Notes under the pieces: generated by a model | What the model was told of the DNA's origin: nothing | Databases searched by the model: none | The model's input: only the letters and a program-made list of their open reading frames with translations | Shown: positions 38,759 through 47,702 of the stretch, piece by piece | Position numbering within the stretch: the first letter of the stretch is position 1 | How the letters are laid out: each line of letters opens with the position of its first letter | Assembly: GCA_965222375.1 (NCBI GenBank) | Contig: CBDCTZ010000008.1 | Location: 160,001 to 224,000 of the forward strand | DNA length: 64,000 nt | From: Polyangiaceae bacterium | GTDB taxonomy: Bacteria; Myxococcota_A; Polyangia; Polyangiales; Polyangiaceae | Direction of reading: 5' to 3' | Translations under genes and position numbers: made by a program

Positions 38759-40095
38759 GCGCGCACCTCCACATCTGCGCCCAGGGCACGCAAGGTCCCC
38801 GCAAAGCGGGGGAAGCTGGTCTTCACACAGTCCACGTCATCCACGATGCACTCATCCTGCGCCACCAACCCCAAGACGACCGCGGTCATCGCGATGCGAT
38901 GGTCTCCCTGACTGTGGACACGCGCGGCGCGCAGCGGTCTGTCGGTAACGCCCTCGATACCGAGACCATCCGGTCGCTCCTCCACCGGCACACCGAACTC
39001 ACGAAGCAACTGTGCCATGGCCGACACGCGGTCGCTCTCCTTCACGCGCAGCTCCGCCAAGTCCGATAGCTGGGTCTCACCGGTCGACCTCGCCGCCACC
39101 GCACACAGAATGGGGATCTCGTCGATGGCCCGCAACACTAGTTCGCCACCGATATTGGCGCCCGTGCATCGGCCACCAAGCATCGTCACGTCCCCAACCG
39201 GTTCACCCAAGGCGTCCCCCCGGGGCGTCAATCCGAGTTCGAGGCCAAAGCCCCGCAGCGCATCGATGACACCTGTGCGCGTGGGGTTGAGCCCGGTGCC
39301 CCGCACGGTCACCTGGCTGTCGTCCACAATGGCGGCGGCACTGAGCAAGAATGCCGCGGCCGAAAGGTCACCAGGCAGTTCGAGGTCGAACCCGCGCATG
39401 GCCATCGGGTCACGAGGTGGATGCAATTCAACTAGAGGGCCCGCGGTGTGGATCGGGATCCCCAGGGCGCTCAACATTCGCTCGGTGTGATCGCGGCTGA
39501 CGAGGGGTTCACGAAATAGTGTCGGCCCCGACGCATACAACCCCGACAAGAGCACCGCGCTCTTGACCTGCGCGCTGGCCACGCGGGATTCGTACTCGAG
39601 GGACGCGAGGGTAGCGGCCTCGAGGGGGCCCACGACCAAGGGCGCCGTCACCTCCGCCCCCTGCCCCTGTCCGGCAATGCGCGCTCCACGCATCTGTAGG
39701 GGCTCGACAATTCGCTGCATGGGCCGGCGGGACAGGCTTGCGTCTCCGGTCAGGGTTGTCTCGAACGGCTGCCCCGCGAGGATCCCGGCAAGCAGACGCA
39801 ACGTGGTGCCGCTATTTCCGCAATCCAAGGGCTCGGCGGGCGCGGAAAGGCCCCGCAGCCCCACGCCAGCGATTTGCAGGCCGCCCGCGTCGTCGGCTTC
39901 TGCGGCCACCCCCATCGCGCTGAGAGCTCTCAGGGTCGCCAGGTTGTCCGCAGCTCGGGAAAAGCCGCGGATGGTCGACTCGCCGCCCGCCAAAGCGGCG
40001 AGCATGAGGGCGCGATGCCCAATGCTCTTGTCACTCACCACAGGCACGCTGCCGCGCAGGGGCTGCGTCGCAGGGCGAACGATGAAGCGGGTCAT
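38755..40095 (-). CDS. aroA: 3-phosphoshikimate 1-carboxyvinyltransferase (EPSP synthase)
   Basis: DKSIGHR, GNSGTT, SAQVKS, ELRVKESDR, DHRIAM. Confidence 0.97.
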   Translation of the reverse strand: MTRFIVRPATQPLRGSVPVVSDKSIGHRALMLAALAGGESTIRGFSRAADNLATLRALSAMGVAAEADDAGGLQIAGVGLRGLSAPAEPLDCGNSGTTLRLLAGILAGQPFETTLTGDASLSRRPMQRIVEPLQMRGARIAGQGQGAEVTAPLVVGPLEAATLASLEYESRVASAQVKSAVLLSGLYASGPTLFREPLVSRDHTERMLSALGIPIHTAGPLVELHPPRDPMAMRGFDLELPGDLSAAAFLLSAAAIVDDSQVTVRGTGLNPTRTGVIDALRGFGLELGLTPRGDALGEPVGDVTMLGGRCTGANIGGELVLRAIDEIPILCAVAARSTGETQLSDLAELRVKESDRVSAMAQLLREFGVPVEERPDGLGIEGVTDRPLRAARVHSQGDHRIAMTAVVLGLVAQDECIVDDVDCVKTSFPRFAGTLRALGADVEVRA

Positions 40096-41117
40096 TTCGA
40101 CGTTTCGCCGGAGACCCCAGGGGTGACCGTGGCGGGGATCACTTTGGGCTGAACCGGTAGGCCAATCATGCGCGCGCCACGGTCGAGCAACTCTGCCACG
40201 CCGTTGCCATCGAGAGCCGCCACGAACTTACTCTCGCGCTCTTTGGTTTCGGCTTCGAGCTTCGTGATCGGCTGAGGGATCCCCATGATGTTGATCAGCC
40301 AACCCCACGCCTGGGCGTTGCTGGCCAGGGATTGGAGCGTGGCGGTGCCCTTCTCGGCTTGCGCGTTGTCCGGGTAGGTCAAGGTGCCGGCGATGTTGAG
40401 CCCCGGGTCTTCGAAGTTCGCCAGCATGCGGGCCGTCTCCAAGCCGTTGACGAAGGGGAGATGACTGCGCACGGCATCCGAGAGTACCTGAGCACGCAGA
40501 TCGAATACTGCAACGACGGGCGCATTCGGGGTCTTCAGGAGTTCTTCCAAACCATCGGGCAGAGAACGCTTGACGCGCCCCTCTTTGATGCGGTCGAGGG
40601 CGCGTCGAATGCCGGTTTCATTCCCGAGCAGGACCGTGCGCTCCGTGAGCACGACGAATCCCACATTCTTGGAGGTATACACGGGTCGATCCGCGTAGCT
40701 GGATTTCACCAAAGGCGCGCCAAGGGGCGTGGTCTGAGTACCGTCCGCCGCGGCTTCGATCGCCGCCTTGTTGAATCGGCCCGTCGCCACCACAGCAAAG
40801 TCAGCGCCCTGCATCGAGTACAGGCCGACGGCAAGCTTGTCCAAATCGCGAGTTGGCTCGAAACCCGCCGCGGGCGGAATTGGCGCGCTGGCCATGATTG
40901 CCAGGCGCTGACCGAATCGCGACGCGAACAATGCCCGTGCGTCGCCAGCGATGACACCCACCGCACCACCGGGAAGCAGCGCGAGGGGATCTTGGTCAAT
41001 GGCTTCATTCGAAAGCGACTTGCCTGCGCCGGATTCGACGACAACGTCTTCTTTCTTCGGGCACCCAGAGAGCACAGTGGGGACCAGGAGCAGCGACAGC
41101 AAGCGTCGCAATTTCAC
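40092..41117 (-). CDS. Hypothetical lipoprotein (paralog A)
   Basis: GTG 41117 overlapping the hisC stop (GTGA); VKLRRLLSLLLVPTVLSGC lipobox; stop overlaps aroA start. Confidence 0.78.
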   Translation of the reverse strand: MKLRRLLSLLLVPTVLSGCPKKEDVVVESGAGKSLSNEAIDQDPLALLPGGAVGVIAGDARALFASRFGQRLAIMASAPIPPAAGFEPTRDLDKLAVGLYSMQGADFAVVATGRFNKAAIEAAADGTQTTPLGAPLVKSSYADRPVYTSKNVGFVVLTERTVLLGNETGIRRALDRIKEGRVKRSLPDGLEELLKTPNAPVVAVFDLRAQVLSDAVRSHLPFVNGLETARMLANFEDPGLNIAGTLTYPDNAQAEKGTATLQSLASNAQAWGWLINIMGIPQPITKLEAETKERESKFVAALDGNGVAELLDRGARMIGLPVQPKVIPATVTPGVSGETSK

Positions 41118-42193
41118 GACAGCACCCCAGACAGTGCCGGGATGAGCCGGTCGTTTTCGGCCTTGGTTCCGACGGTGATGCGCAGGAAGTTCGAGGCGCC
41201 CAGAGGGCGCACGATGACTCCCTTGCGCAGCATGGCCTCGTACACTTCCCGGCCCGGCCGCCCGACGTCGACGAACACGAAGTTTGCCTGACTTGGTACG
41301 ACCTTCACGCCCAGGGCGCCGATTTCTCGCTCCAGCCGCGCGCGCTGTGCCTGATTTTCGCTGCGGCTGCGCTCGACGTGCTCGGAATCGTCGATGGCCG
41401 CCGAGGCCGCGACCTGTCCCAACGCGCCCACGTTGAAGGGCGCCCGCACGCGATTCATGTAGTTGACGATCGGTTCCGGACCCACAGCGTATCCGACCCG
41501 AAAGGCCGCCAATCCGTAGATCTTCGAGAAGGTGCGCAACACGACGAGACGCTCTCGGATCGAGCGCAGGCTGAGGGAGTCCGGGTAGTCCGGCGCATCG
41601 GCATACTGCAGGTACGCCTCGTCCATCACCACGATCACGTGGTCGGGCACGGACTTCAAGAAATCGGCAACCGCATCGCGGCTCACATGGGTGCCGGTCG
41701 GATTGTTCGGGTTCGCGACGAAGAGCAAACGCGTGTTGTCCCGCACCGCGTTTCGCATCGCTTCGAGGTCGTGGGTGTAGTCCGTGAGCGGTACGGGGGT
41801 AAAGTTCACGCCGTGCGCCAAGCACGCCAGTTTGTAGACGACGAAGGAAGGCTCGGCGAAGACGATGTGATCAATCGGCGTTGCAAAGGTCCGGATCAAC
41901 AGCTCGATCAACTCGTTAGAACCATTGCCCTGGATGATCTGATCCATGGGAGTGTCGTGAAGCTCGGACAGGCGCTTGCGCAGGGAGTAGGCCGCAGCAT
42001 CGGGATAGCGATGAGCCTCGCTCACCGCGCGTTTCACGGCTTCCACTGCCTTGGGACTCGGCCCAAGCGGGTTTTCGTTGGACGCGAGCTTCACCGCGTC
42101 GGTTACCCCGAGTTCCCGGGCCACCTCCTCGATGGGCTTGCCCGCTTCGTAAGGCACCAGGGATTCGATGGAAGGAGTGACGAGAGAGGCCAT
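41114..42193 (-). CDS. hisC: Histidinol-phosphate/aromatic aminotransferase
   Basis: KLASNENP, GNGSNE, NPNNPTG, DEAY, RTFSKIYGLA.FRVGY. Confidence 0.95.
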   Translation of the reverse strand: MASLVTPSIESLVPYEAGKPIEEVARELGVTDAVKLASNENPLGPSPKAVEAVKRAVSEAHRYPDAAAYSLRKRLSELHDTPMDQIIQGNGSNELIELLIRTFATPIDHIVFAEPSFVVYKLACLAHGVNFTPVPLTDYTHDLEAMRNAVRDNTRLLFVANPNNPTGTHVSRDAVADFLKSVPDHVIVVMDEAYLQYADAPDYPDSLSLRSIRERLVVLRTFSKIYGLAAFRVGYAVGPEPIVNYMNRVRAPFNVGALGQVAASAAIDDSEHVERSRSENQAQRARLEREIGALGVKVVPSQANFVFVDVGRPGREVYEAMLRKGVIVRPLGASNFLRITVGTKAENDRLIPALSGVLS

Positions 42194-42251
42194 CGCCCGG
42201 GAGCCTACGGTCTCGAGTCCAGATTGTCGACGCTGCGCTGCCCTATCGGGT

Positions 42252-43319
42252 TCAGCTCGGGAAGGAGCCCAGCACGCGCAAATACTTGGTCTGGCGTTTG
42301 ACGGATTCCAGAGCGGTCACTACTGCCCGATCCGTGACATGACCGCTAACTTCGACGTAGAAAAGGAAGTCCAATCCGCCGTTCGCGACCGGGCGTGATT
42401 GGAGCTTCTTCAGGTTGATTCCGCGCTCGGCAAAGTGGCGCAGCACGTCGTACAGCGCGCCGGGACTGTCGTCGGCGTTGAACAACAAACAGGTCGTATC
42501 CTGCCCCGAACGGCTTGCGGGACGCGCACCGGCAACCCCGTAGCGAAAGTGCATGTCTGCGCTATCGCCAACGTTGGCCTGCAGGACGGAAAGCCCCGCG
42601 GCGCGCCCGGAGGGCTCCGGCACGACTGCCGCACTTTCCTCGTCATCTCGGGACAATGCGGCCGCAGCGACCGGGGAACGCACGTCTACGACGGTCACCC
42701 TTGGTAGCTCGGCTTCCAAAAAGCGCTCGCAGGCCGCATGAGCCGCCGCCGTCGCGTACACCTTATCGACGTCCCCCAGCCGCTCCGCGCGGCTCATCAG
42801 ATCGTAGGTCGCCGGCATGCTGCGCTCCGACACGAGCACCAACTCGGTTTGCTCCAGTGCGTTGATGGACGCCTGCACCAGCCCCTCGATGGATGATTCG
42901 AAGGGGAACACCGCGAAGACCGCGCGCCCGCGAACGACTTCGTCTAGAGCGTCGGCGACCGTGGTGCTTTCGATGAAAGAAGCGCCGGGTCCAAATTGGT
43001 GTTGGGCGACGGCGTGGGAAAACCCGCCTTCCGGACCCAGGTAGGCAATCCGGACGGGTTGTTCGATACCTCGGCCCACAGCGTGGATTTCGCTGAAGAT
43101 CGAGCGCACAGCACCATCCGGCAACACGCCGGTCGCAGCTGCCTCAAGGGCTTCGAGGGCCTCACGCTCTCCGCGATCCGCAACCGGCGGTTCTCCTTCG
43201 AGGAGTTGACGCGCCTCACGGTTGAGGGCGGCGCGGCTTTCCAAAGCTTTGAGCAGCCCCAGATCGGCTTCTCGGATTTGCTCACGAAGTTCCTGCAGGC
43301 GGCGTTTGTTGTCCGGCAT
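42252..43319 (-). CDS. pheA: Chorismate mutase / prephenate dehydratase-like P-protein with ACT domain (divergent active-site motifs)
   Basis: CM-like N-terminal helices; YLGPEGGFS; ACT PGALYDVL...GINL..LQSRP; YLRVLGSFP; position upstream of hisC-aroA-cmk. Confidence 0.85.
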   Translation of the reverse strand: MPDNKRRLQELREQIREADLGLLKALESRAALNREARQLLEGEPPVADRGEREALEALEAAATGVLPDGAVRSIFSEIHAVGRGIEQPVRIAYLGPEGGFSHAVAQHQFGPGASFIESTTVADALDEVVRGRAVFAVFPFESSIEGLVQASINALEQTELVLVSERSMPATYDLMSRAERLGDVDKVYATAAAHAACERFLEAELPRVTVVDVRSPVAAAALSRDDEESAAVVPEPSGRAAGLSVLQANVGDSADMHFRYGVAGARPASRSGQDTTCLLFNADDSPGALYDVLRHFAERGINLKKLQSRPVANGGLDFLFYVEVSGHVTDRAVVTALESVKRQTKYLRVLGSFPS

Positions 43320-43366
43320 ACGCTAGACATTTTAGCAGGGCTGTCCGCGCCGGGCGACCCCGGTCG

Positions 43367-43714
43367 TCACGCCTTGTCGCTACTGCCCCCGCTCGATTTC
43401 TTTGGTGAGTCGCGGGCCGTCGCGGACCCGGTCGACTTCGAGTCCGTGCTCTTCTTTTCGGGCGTCTTTTTCGCCGTAGTGTCGGTCGTTTCAGACGCTG
43501 GCTTCGCGTCAGGTTTCTTCGCGTCGGGTTTGGCCGAACCGTAGCCATCGGCGTACCAGCCGCCGCCCTTGAGAATGAAGCCCTGGCCGCCGCTAATCAT
43601 GCGTTTGGCCGTGTTTTTTTTGCAGTTCGGGCACTCGGTCAGCGCCGGGTCGTTGATCGACTGCTCCGCCTCCCAAGCATGGCCGCACGCCTCACACGCG
43701 TATTCGTAAGTCAT
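43367..43714 (-). CDS. FmdB-family zinc-ribbon protein
   Basis: MTYEYACEACGH...CPNC...FILKGGGWYADGY; low-complexity tail. Confidence 0.9.
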   Translation of the reverse strand: MTYEYACEACGHAWEAEQSINDPALTECPNCKKNTAKRMISGGQGFILKGGGWYADGYGSAKPDAKKPDAKPASETTDTTAKKTPEKKSTDSKSTGSATARDSPKKSSGGSSDKA

Positions 43715-44018
43715 CCTGAATCGGGGGGTAAATGCGCCGGCTTGCCAGCGCCTGTCAACGCTTCGGAAATGGACGTATTATCCGCCTCAAATCGGGTGGA
43801 TCGCAGGCAGCGCATTTTTCCAGTTGTCACCCCGCGTGGCGCACTGTAGAAGTGTGCAGGTGCCTCGCGTGACCATACATGACGTTCGGTTACGCTAGGT
43901 GCGGTGCCCGACGAGGGCCAAATCTGTTCTGGAATTCCCCATACATCGGCCGCGGCCGGTGGAAGCGTCGTCCCGGCGGGACTGCTATAGCCTGAGGGCG
44001 GATCGACGAGAGGTTTCG

Positions 44019-47000
44019 ATGCACATCAAGAAGCTGGAAATCGCGGGTTTCAAGTCCTTCGTGGACCGAACCGTGATCCACTTCGACCACGACGTCATTG
44101 GCGTCGTCGGACCGAACGGCTGCGGCAAGTCGAACATCGTGGACGCCATTCGTTGGTGCATGGGCGAGCAGAGCGCCAAGCATCTGCGCGGCCGCGCCAT
44201 GGAAGACGTGATCTTCAACGGTTCGGAGTCACGCGGTCCGCATGGGTTGGCGGAGGTCACGCTGACCTTCGACAACACCGACGCGGCTTACGCTGAGTTG
44301 CTCCCGCCGGAGTATCGCGATTACCCGGACATTGCCGTAACACGGCGACTGTATCGGGACGGAACCAGCGAGTACCTGATCAACAAGACCGTGATGCGCT
44401 TACGCGACATCACGGAGCTATTCCTCGGCACCGGCGTGGGCACGAAGGCCTACTCCATCGTCGAGCAGGGTCGCATCGGGCAGATCGTGAGCGCACGCCC
44501 GGAAGATCGGCGCCTCTTCATCGAGGAAGCCGCGGGCATTACTAAGTACAAGCAGCGCAAGCGCCAAGCCGAACGCAAGATGGACCTGACCCGACAGAAC
44601 TTGCTGCGCGTCACCGACATCGTCTGCGAGATTGACCGAACTCGCGCTTCGCTGAAGCGCCAGGTCGCCAAGGCCGAGCGCTACATCGCATACCGCGGCG
44701 AGCTCGAAGACCTCTTTTTGCACGACTCCTCTCACAAGTATCTCGAGCTCGCCGTGACCGAACGCGTCGAGCGGCAGCAGTGGAACACCGCAACTGCGGA
44801 CGTCGAGGAAGTGCGCGCCAAGCTCGGCGAAGGCGAAGCCCAGCTCGAATCTGCCCGGAGTGAGGCTCAGCGCATCGAACAGCGCGCGGAAGATGGTTCC
44901 AAGACGGCTTTCGAAGCGGACAACGAAGTCACTAGCGCCACCGCCGAAATCGAGCGCTCCCGGGACCGTCTGCAGCACTTGGAACAACGCCTGGTGCAGG
45001 CCCGTGCGGAGCTGGACGACGTGCAGGCTCGACACGCGGAGCAGGCAACGGAGAAAGACGAGCTAACCCAGCGCCTCGAGTATTTGGCTCAAGATGAGGG
45101 CGCCCGCTTGGCAGACACCGAGGCGGAGGATGCCTCCCTCACTCAGCTCCGCACCGAAGAGGCCCAAGCCCTTACGGAAGTGCAGGAGCTGCGAGATCGT
45201 GTGGCGCGCGCGGTCGCCGAAGTCGCTGCAACCCACGAGCGGCTCGAAGCCCAAGTTCAGCGCTTGGCCGACGCGCATGCTCGGCGGGACAGGCTCGCCG
45301 GTGAACGTGATCTGTTGCAGGGCGAACTGAGCGCCGCCGAGGCACGCAAGTCCGCCCTGGAACGCAGCGTGGCCGAGTTGGCCGAGGGCAAGCGCCTAAC
45401 CCACGCCGAGCGCGGCGATCTGGAAGCGGAGATGAACGAGCTGTCCAGCACTCAGCTGGCAAGCGAGCGCGCCGTCGATTCCGCCAAGAACGAACTCGGG
45501 TTGAAGCGCAACCGCTTGCGCGCCCTGGAAGATCTGCATCGCAGGCTGGAAGGTGTCGGCGCTGGACCCCGGGCGCTGCTTCAGGCCGGCGACCCGGCGG
45601 TACTCGGGCTGGTTGCGGATCGCATCGAGGCACCCGAACACTTGACCCATGCCCTCGCGGGCCTCCTAGCCGGTCGGTTGCAGTACGTCGTCGTCAGTGA
45701 CGTCGACAAGGGTTTGGACCTGCTCAAAGAAATGGGCCGTGGGGAGCGGGGTCGAGCCAGCATTCTGGCCCATCGCCCCCCCTACATCGCGGGAAGCCGC
45801 GCCCTGGCCGCCGCACGAGATCCCCGCGTCCGCGGGAGGCTGGCGGACCAACTGCGCTTCGCCACCGAAGACGAGCAGTTGGTACGTAGCCTGATGGGCG
45901 ACGCCGTGATCGTGGACTCCGCCGAAGACGCGCTCTCGGTTGCACGCACCTTCCCGGGGGTCACCGCGGTGAGCCTCGACGGAACCGTGGTCGACAAGGA
46001 CGGCGTCGTCAGTGGAGGCAGCGGCGACGATGTCGCCTCCGCCATGGTCGAGCAGAAGCGCGAAATGCGCACGCTGGCCGAGCAGGTCGCGAGCCTGGAC
46101 GAGCAGTGCACCACCCTGGTCACTTCCCACAATCAACTCCGGGCACGCATCTCGGAACTGAGCACGTCTCTGGAACGTGCGCGTCAGGGCGCCCATGAGG
46201 GCGAGCTGGCCCACATGAATGCCGAAAAGGACCTGGCCCGCGCTTCCGACGAGATCGAGCGGGTCCAGGCACGGCTTCGAGCGGTCGACAACGAGCTGTC
46301 CGAGGTCGCCGAGCTGATCGAGACCGCCGCGAAAGCAGAGACCGACTGCCAGGCTCGTCAGAGCGAGCTCGAAGCAGACCTTGAACACATGCGCCACACC
46401 CTGGCCAAGGCCGAGGCTCTCGCCACTTCCTGGAACGACCGAGTTGCGACCCAGGCCACCTTGGTCACGGAGCGCAAAGTGCGTTTGGCCCAGGTTCGGG
46501 AGCAGATGGATGCGGCCCGTGGTGCCCTGGAGCGCGTCAACGTCGCTCTGACAGATCTCTCCGCCCGCGCCGAGCGCCTCGACGAAGAGATGACGGAAGC
46601 CGCGGTCGCCTCGGGCGAAACCGCGGCGCGCTTGCTTGCGCTGCATGCTGAGCGCAAGGACGGCATGCAGCGCGCACGCATTGCCCACGCCGAGCTGGCA
46701 GAATCTCGGGCGCTCCTGGAGCAGGTGCGTTTCGCCCTGGGCACTCGAGAAGCCGAGCTCAAGGCCTTGCGAGATCAGCTCACGGCCGCAGACGAGGGCG
46801 TACGCCGCGCCGAGATGGCATTGCAGCGCATCGATCTAGAGCGTGAGCATCTGCTCGCAAACGTCCGAGACCGTTTCCGTGGCTTGGACCTGCGACGGGT
46901 CATTGGCGATTACCACGCCCGCCCCGTGCCCGACGACGAACAGCGCCGCCGCATCGACGAGCTGATTCAGCTAATTGACCGCATGGGTCCCGTCAATCTC

Positions 47001-47669
47001 GATGCCCGCGCGGAATTCGAAGACGCAGAGAAGCGATTCCAAGATCTCAGTCAGCAGAAGATCGACATCGAGCAGGCCTTGGCGGACTTGGAGCGTGCCA
47101 TCAAGCATATGAACCGCGAGTCTCGACGCCGTTTCAAGGAAACCTTCGACACGGTAAACGATCTCTTCAAGAAGACCTTCACCAAGATGTTCCGCGGCGG
47201 GCGGGCGGAGTTGGTGCTGACGGATCCGGAGGACTTGCTATCCACGGGCGTGGACATCGCGGCCCAGCCCCCAGGCAAGAAGCTCGGGAACATCGAACTC
47301 ATGAGCGGTGGCGAGAAAGCCCTCACGGCGGTCTCGCTCATCTTCGCCATCTTCCAGCACCGGCCCAGCCCGTTCTGCGTATTGGACGAGGTCGACGCTC
47401 CTTTGGATGAGGCCAACGTCGCTCGCTACAACGAAGCGATCCGTGCCATGACCGCGAACTCGCAGTTCATCCTGATCACCCACGTCAAGAAGACCATGCA
47501 GTGCGTGGACGTGCTGTACGGAGTAACCATGGGCGAGCCCGGCGTGTCCCGAATCGTCAGCGTCAAGGTCAACGAGCAGGCCGTGGCACGCAGCAATGCC
47601 CGGGCCGCCAACGCCTTGGGCTCCACGCCTCCGCCTGCGGCGGAGGATGGCGCGACTCAGGTCGCCTGA
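44019..47669 (+). CDS. smc: Chromosome segregation protein SMC
   Basis: GFKSF, GPNGCGKSN, coiled coils, hinge, MSGGEK, LDEVDAPLD; ATG 44019 with GAGAGG RBS. Confidence 0.98.
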   Translation: MHIKKLEIAGFKSFVDRTVIHFDHDVIGVVGPNGCGKSNIVDAIRWCMGEQSAKHLRGRAMEDVIFNGSESRGPHGLAEVTLTFDNTDAAYAELLPPEYRDYPDIAVTRRLYRDGTSEYLINKTVMRLRDITELFLGTGVGTKAYSIVEQGRIGQIVSARPEDRRLFIEEAAGITKYKQRKRQAERKMDLTRQNLLRVTDIVCEIDRTRASLKRQVAKAERYIAYRGELEDLFLHDSSHKYLELAVTERVERQQWNTATADVEEVRAKLGEGEAQLESARSEAQRIEQRAEDGSKTAFEADNEVTSATAEIERSRDRLQHLEQRLVQARAELDDVQARHAEQATEKDELTQRLEYLAQDEGARLADTEAEDASLTQLRTEEAQALTEVQELRDRVARAVAEVAATHERLEAQVQRLADAHARRDRLAGERDLLQGELSAAEARKSALERSVAELAEGKRLTHAERGDLEAEMNELSSTQLASERAVDSAKNELGLKRNRLRALEDLHRRLEGVGAGPRALLQAGDPAVLGLVADRIEAPEHLTHALAGLLAGRLQYVVVSDVDKGLDLLKEMGRGERGRASILAHRPPYIAGSRALAAARDPRVRGRLADQLRFATEDEQLVRSLMGDAVIVDSAEDALSVARTFPGVTAVSLDGTVVDKDGVVSGGSGDDVASAMVEQKREMRTLAEQVASLDEQCTTLVTSHNQLRARISELSTSLERARQGAHEGELAHMNAEKDLARASDEIERVQARLRAVDNELSEVAELIETAAKAETDCQARQSELEADLEHMRHTLAKAEALATSWNDRVATQATLVTERKVRLAQVREQMDAARGALERVNVALTDLSARAERLDEEMTEAAVASGETAARLLALHAERKDGMQRARIAHAELAESRALLEQVRFALGTREAELKALRDQLTAADEGVRRAEMALQRIDLEREHLLANVRDRFRGLDLRRVIGDYHARPVPDDEQRRRIDELIQLIDRMGPVNLDARAEFEDAEKRFQDLSQQKIDIEQALADLERAIKHMNRESRRRFKETFDTVNDLFKKTFTKMFRGGRAELVLTDPEDLLSTGVDIAAQPPGKKLGNIELMSGGEKALTAVSLIFAIFQHRPSPFCVLDEVDAPLDEANVARYNEAIRAMTANSQFILITHVKKTMQCVDVLYGVTMGEPGVSRIVSVKVNEQAVARSNARAANALGSTPPPAAEDGATQVA

Positions 47670-47702
47670 GCCCGGCCGAGCCAACGCCCCCGCAGATCCC
47701 CC

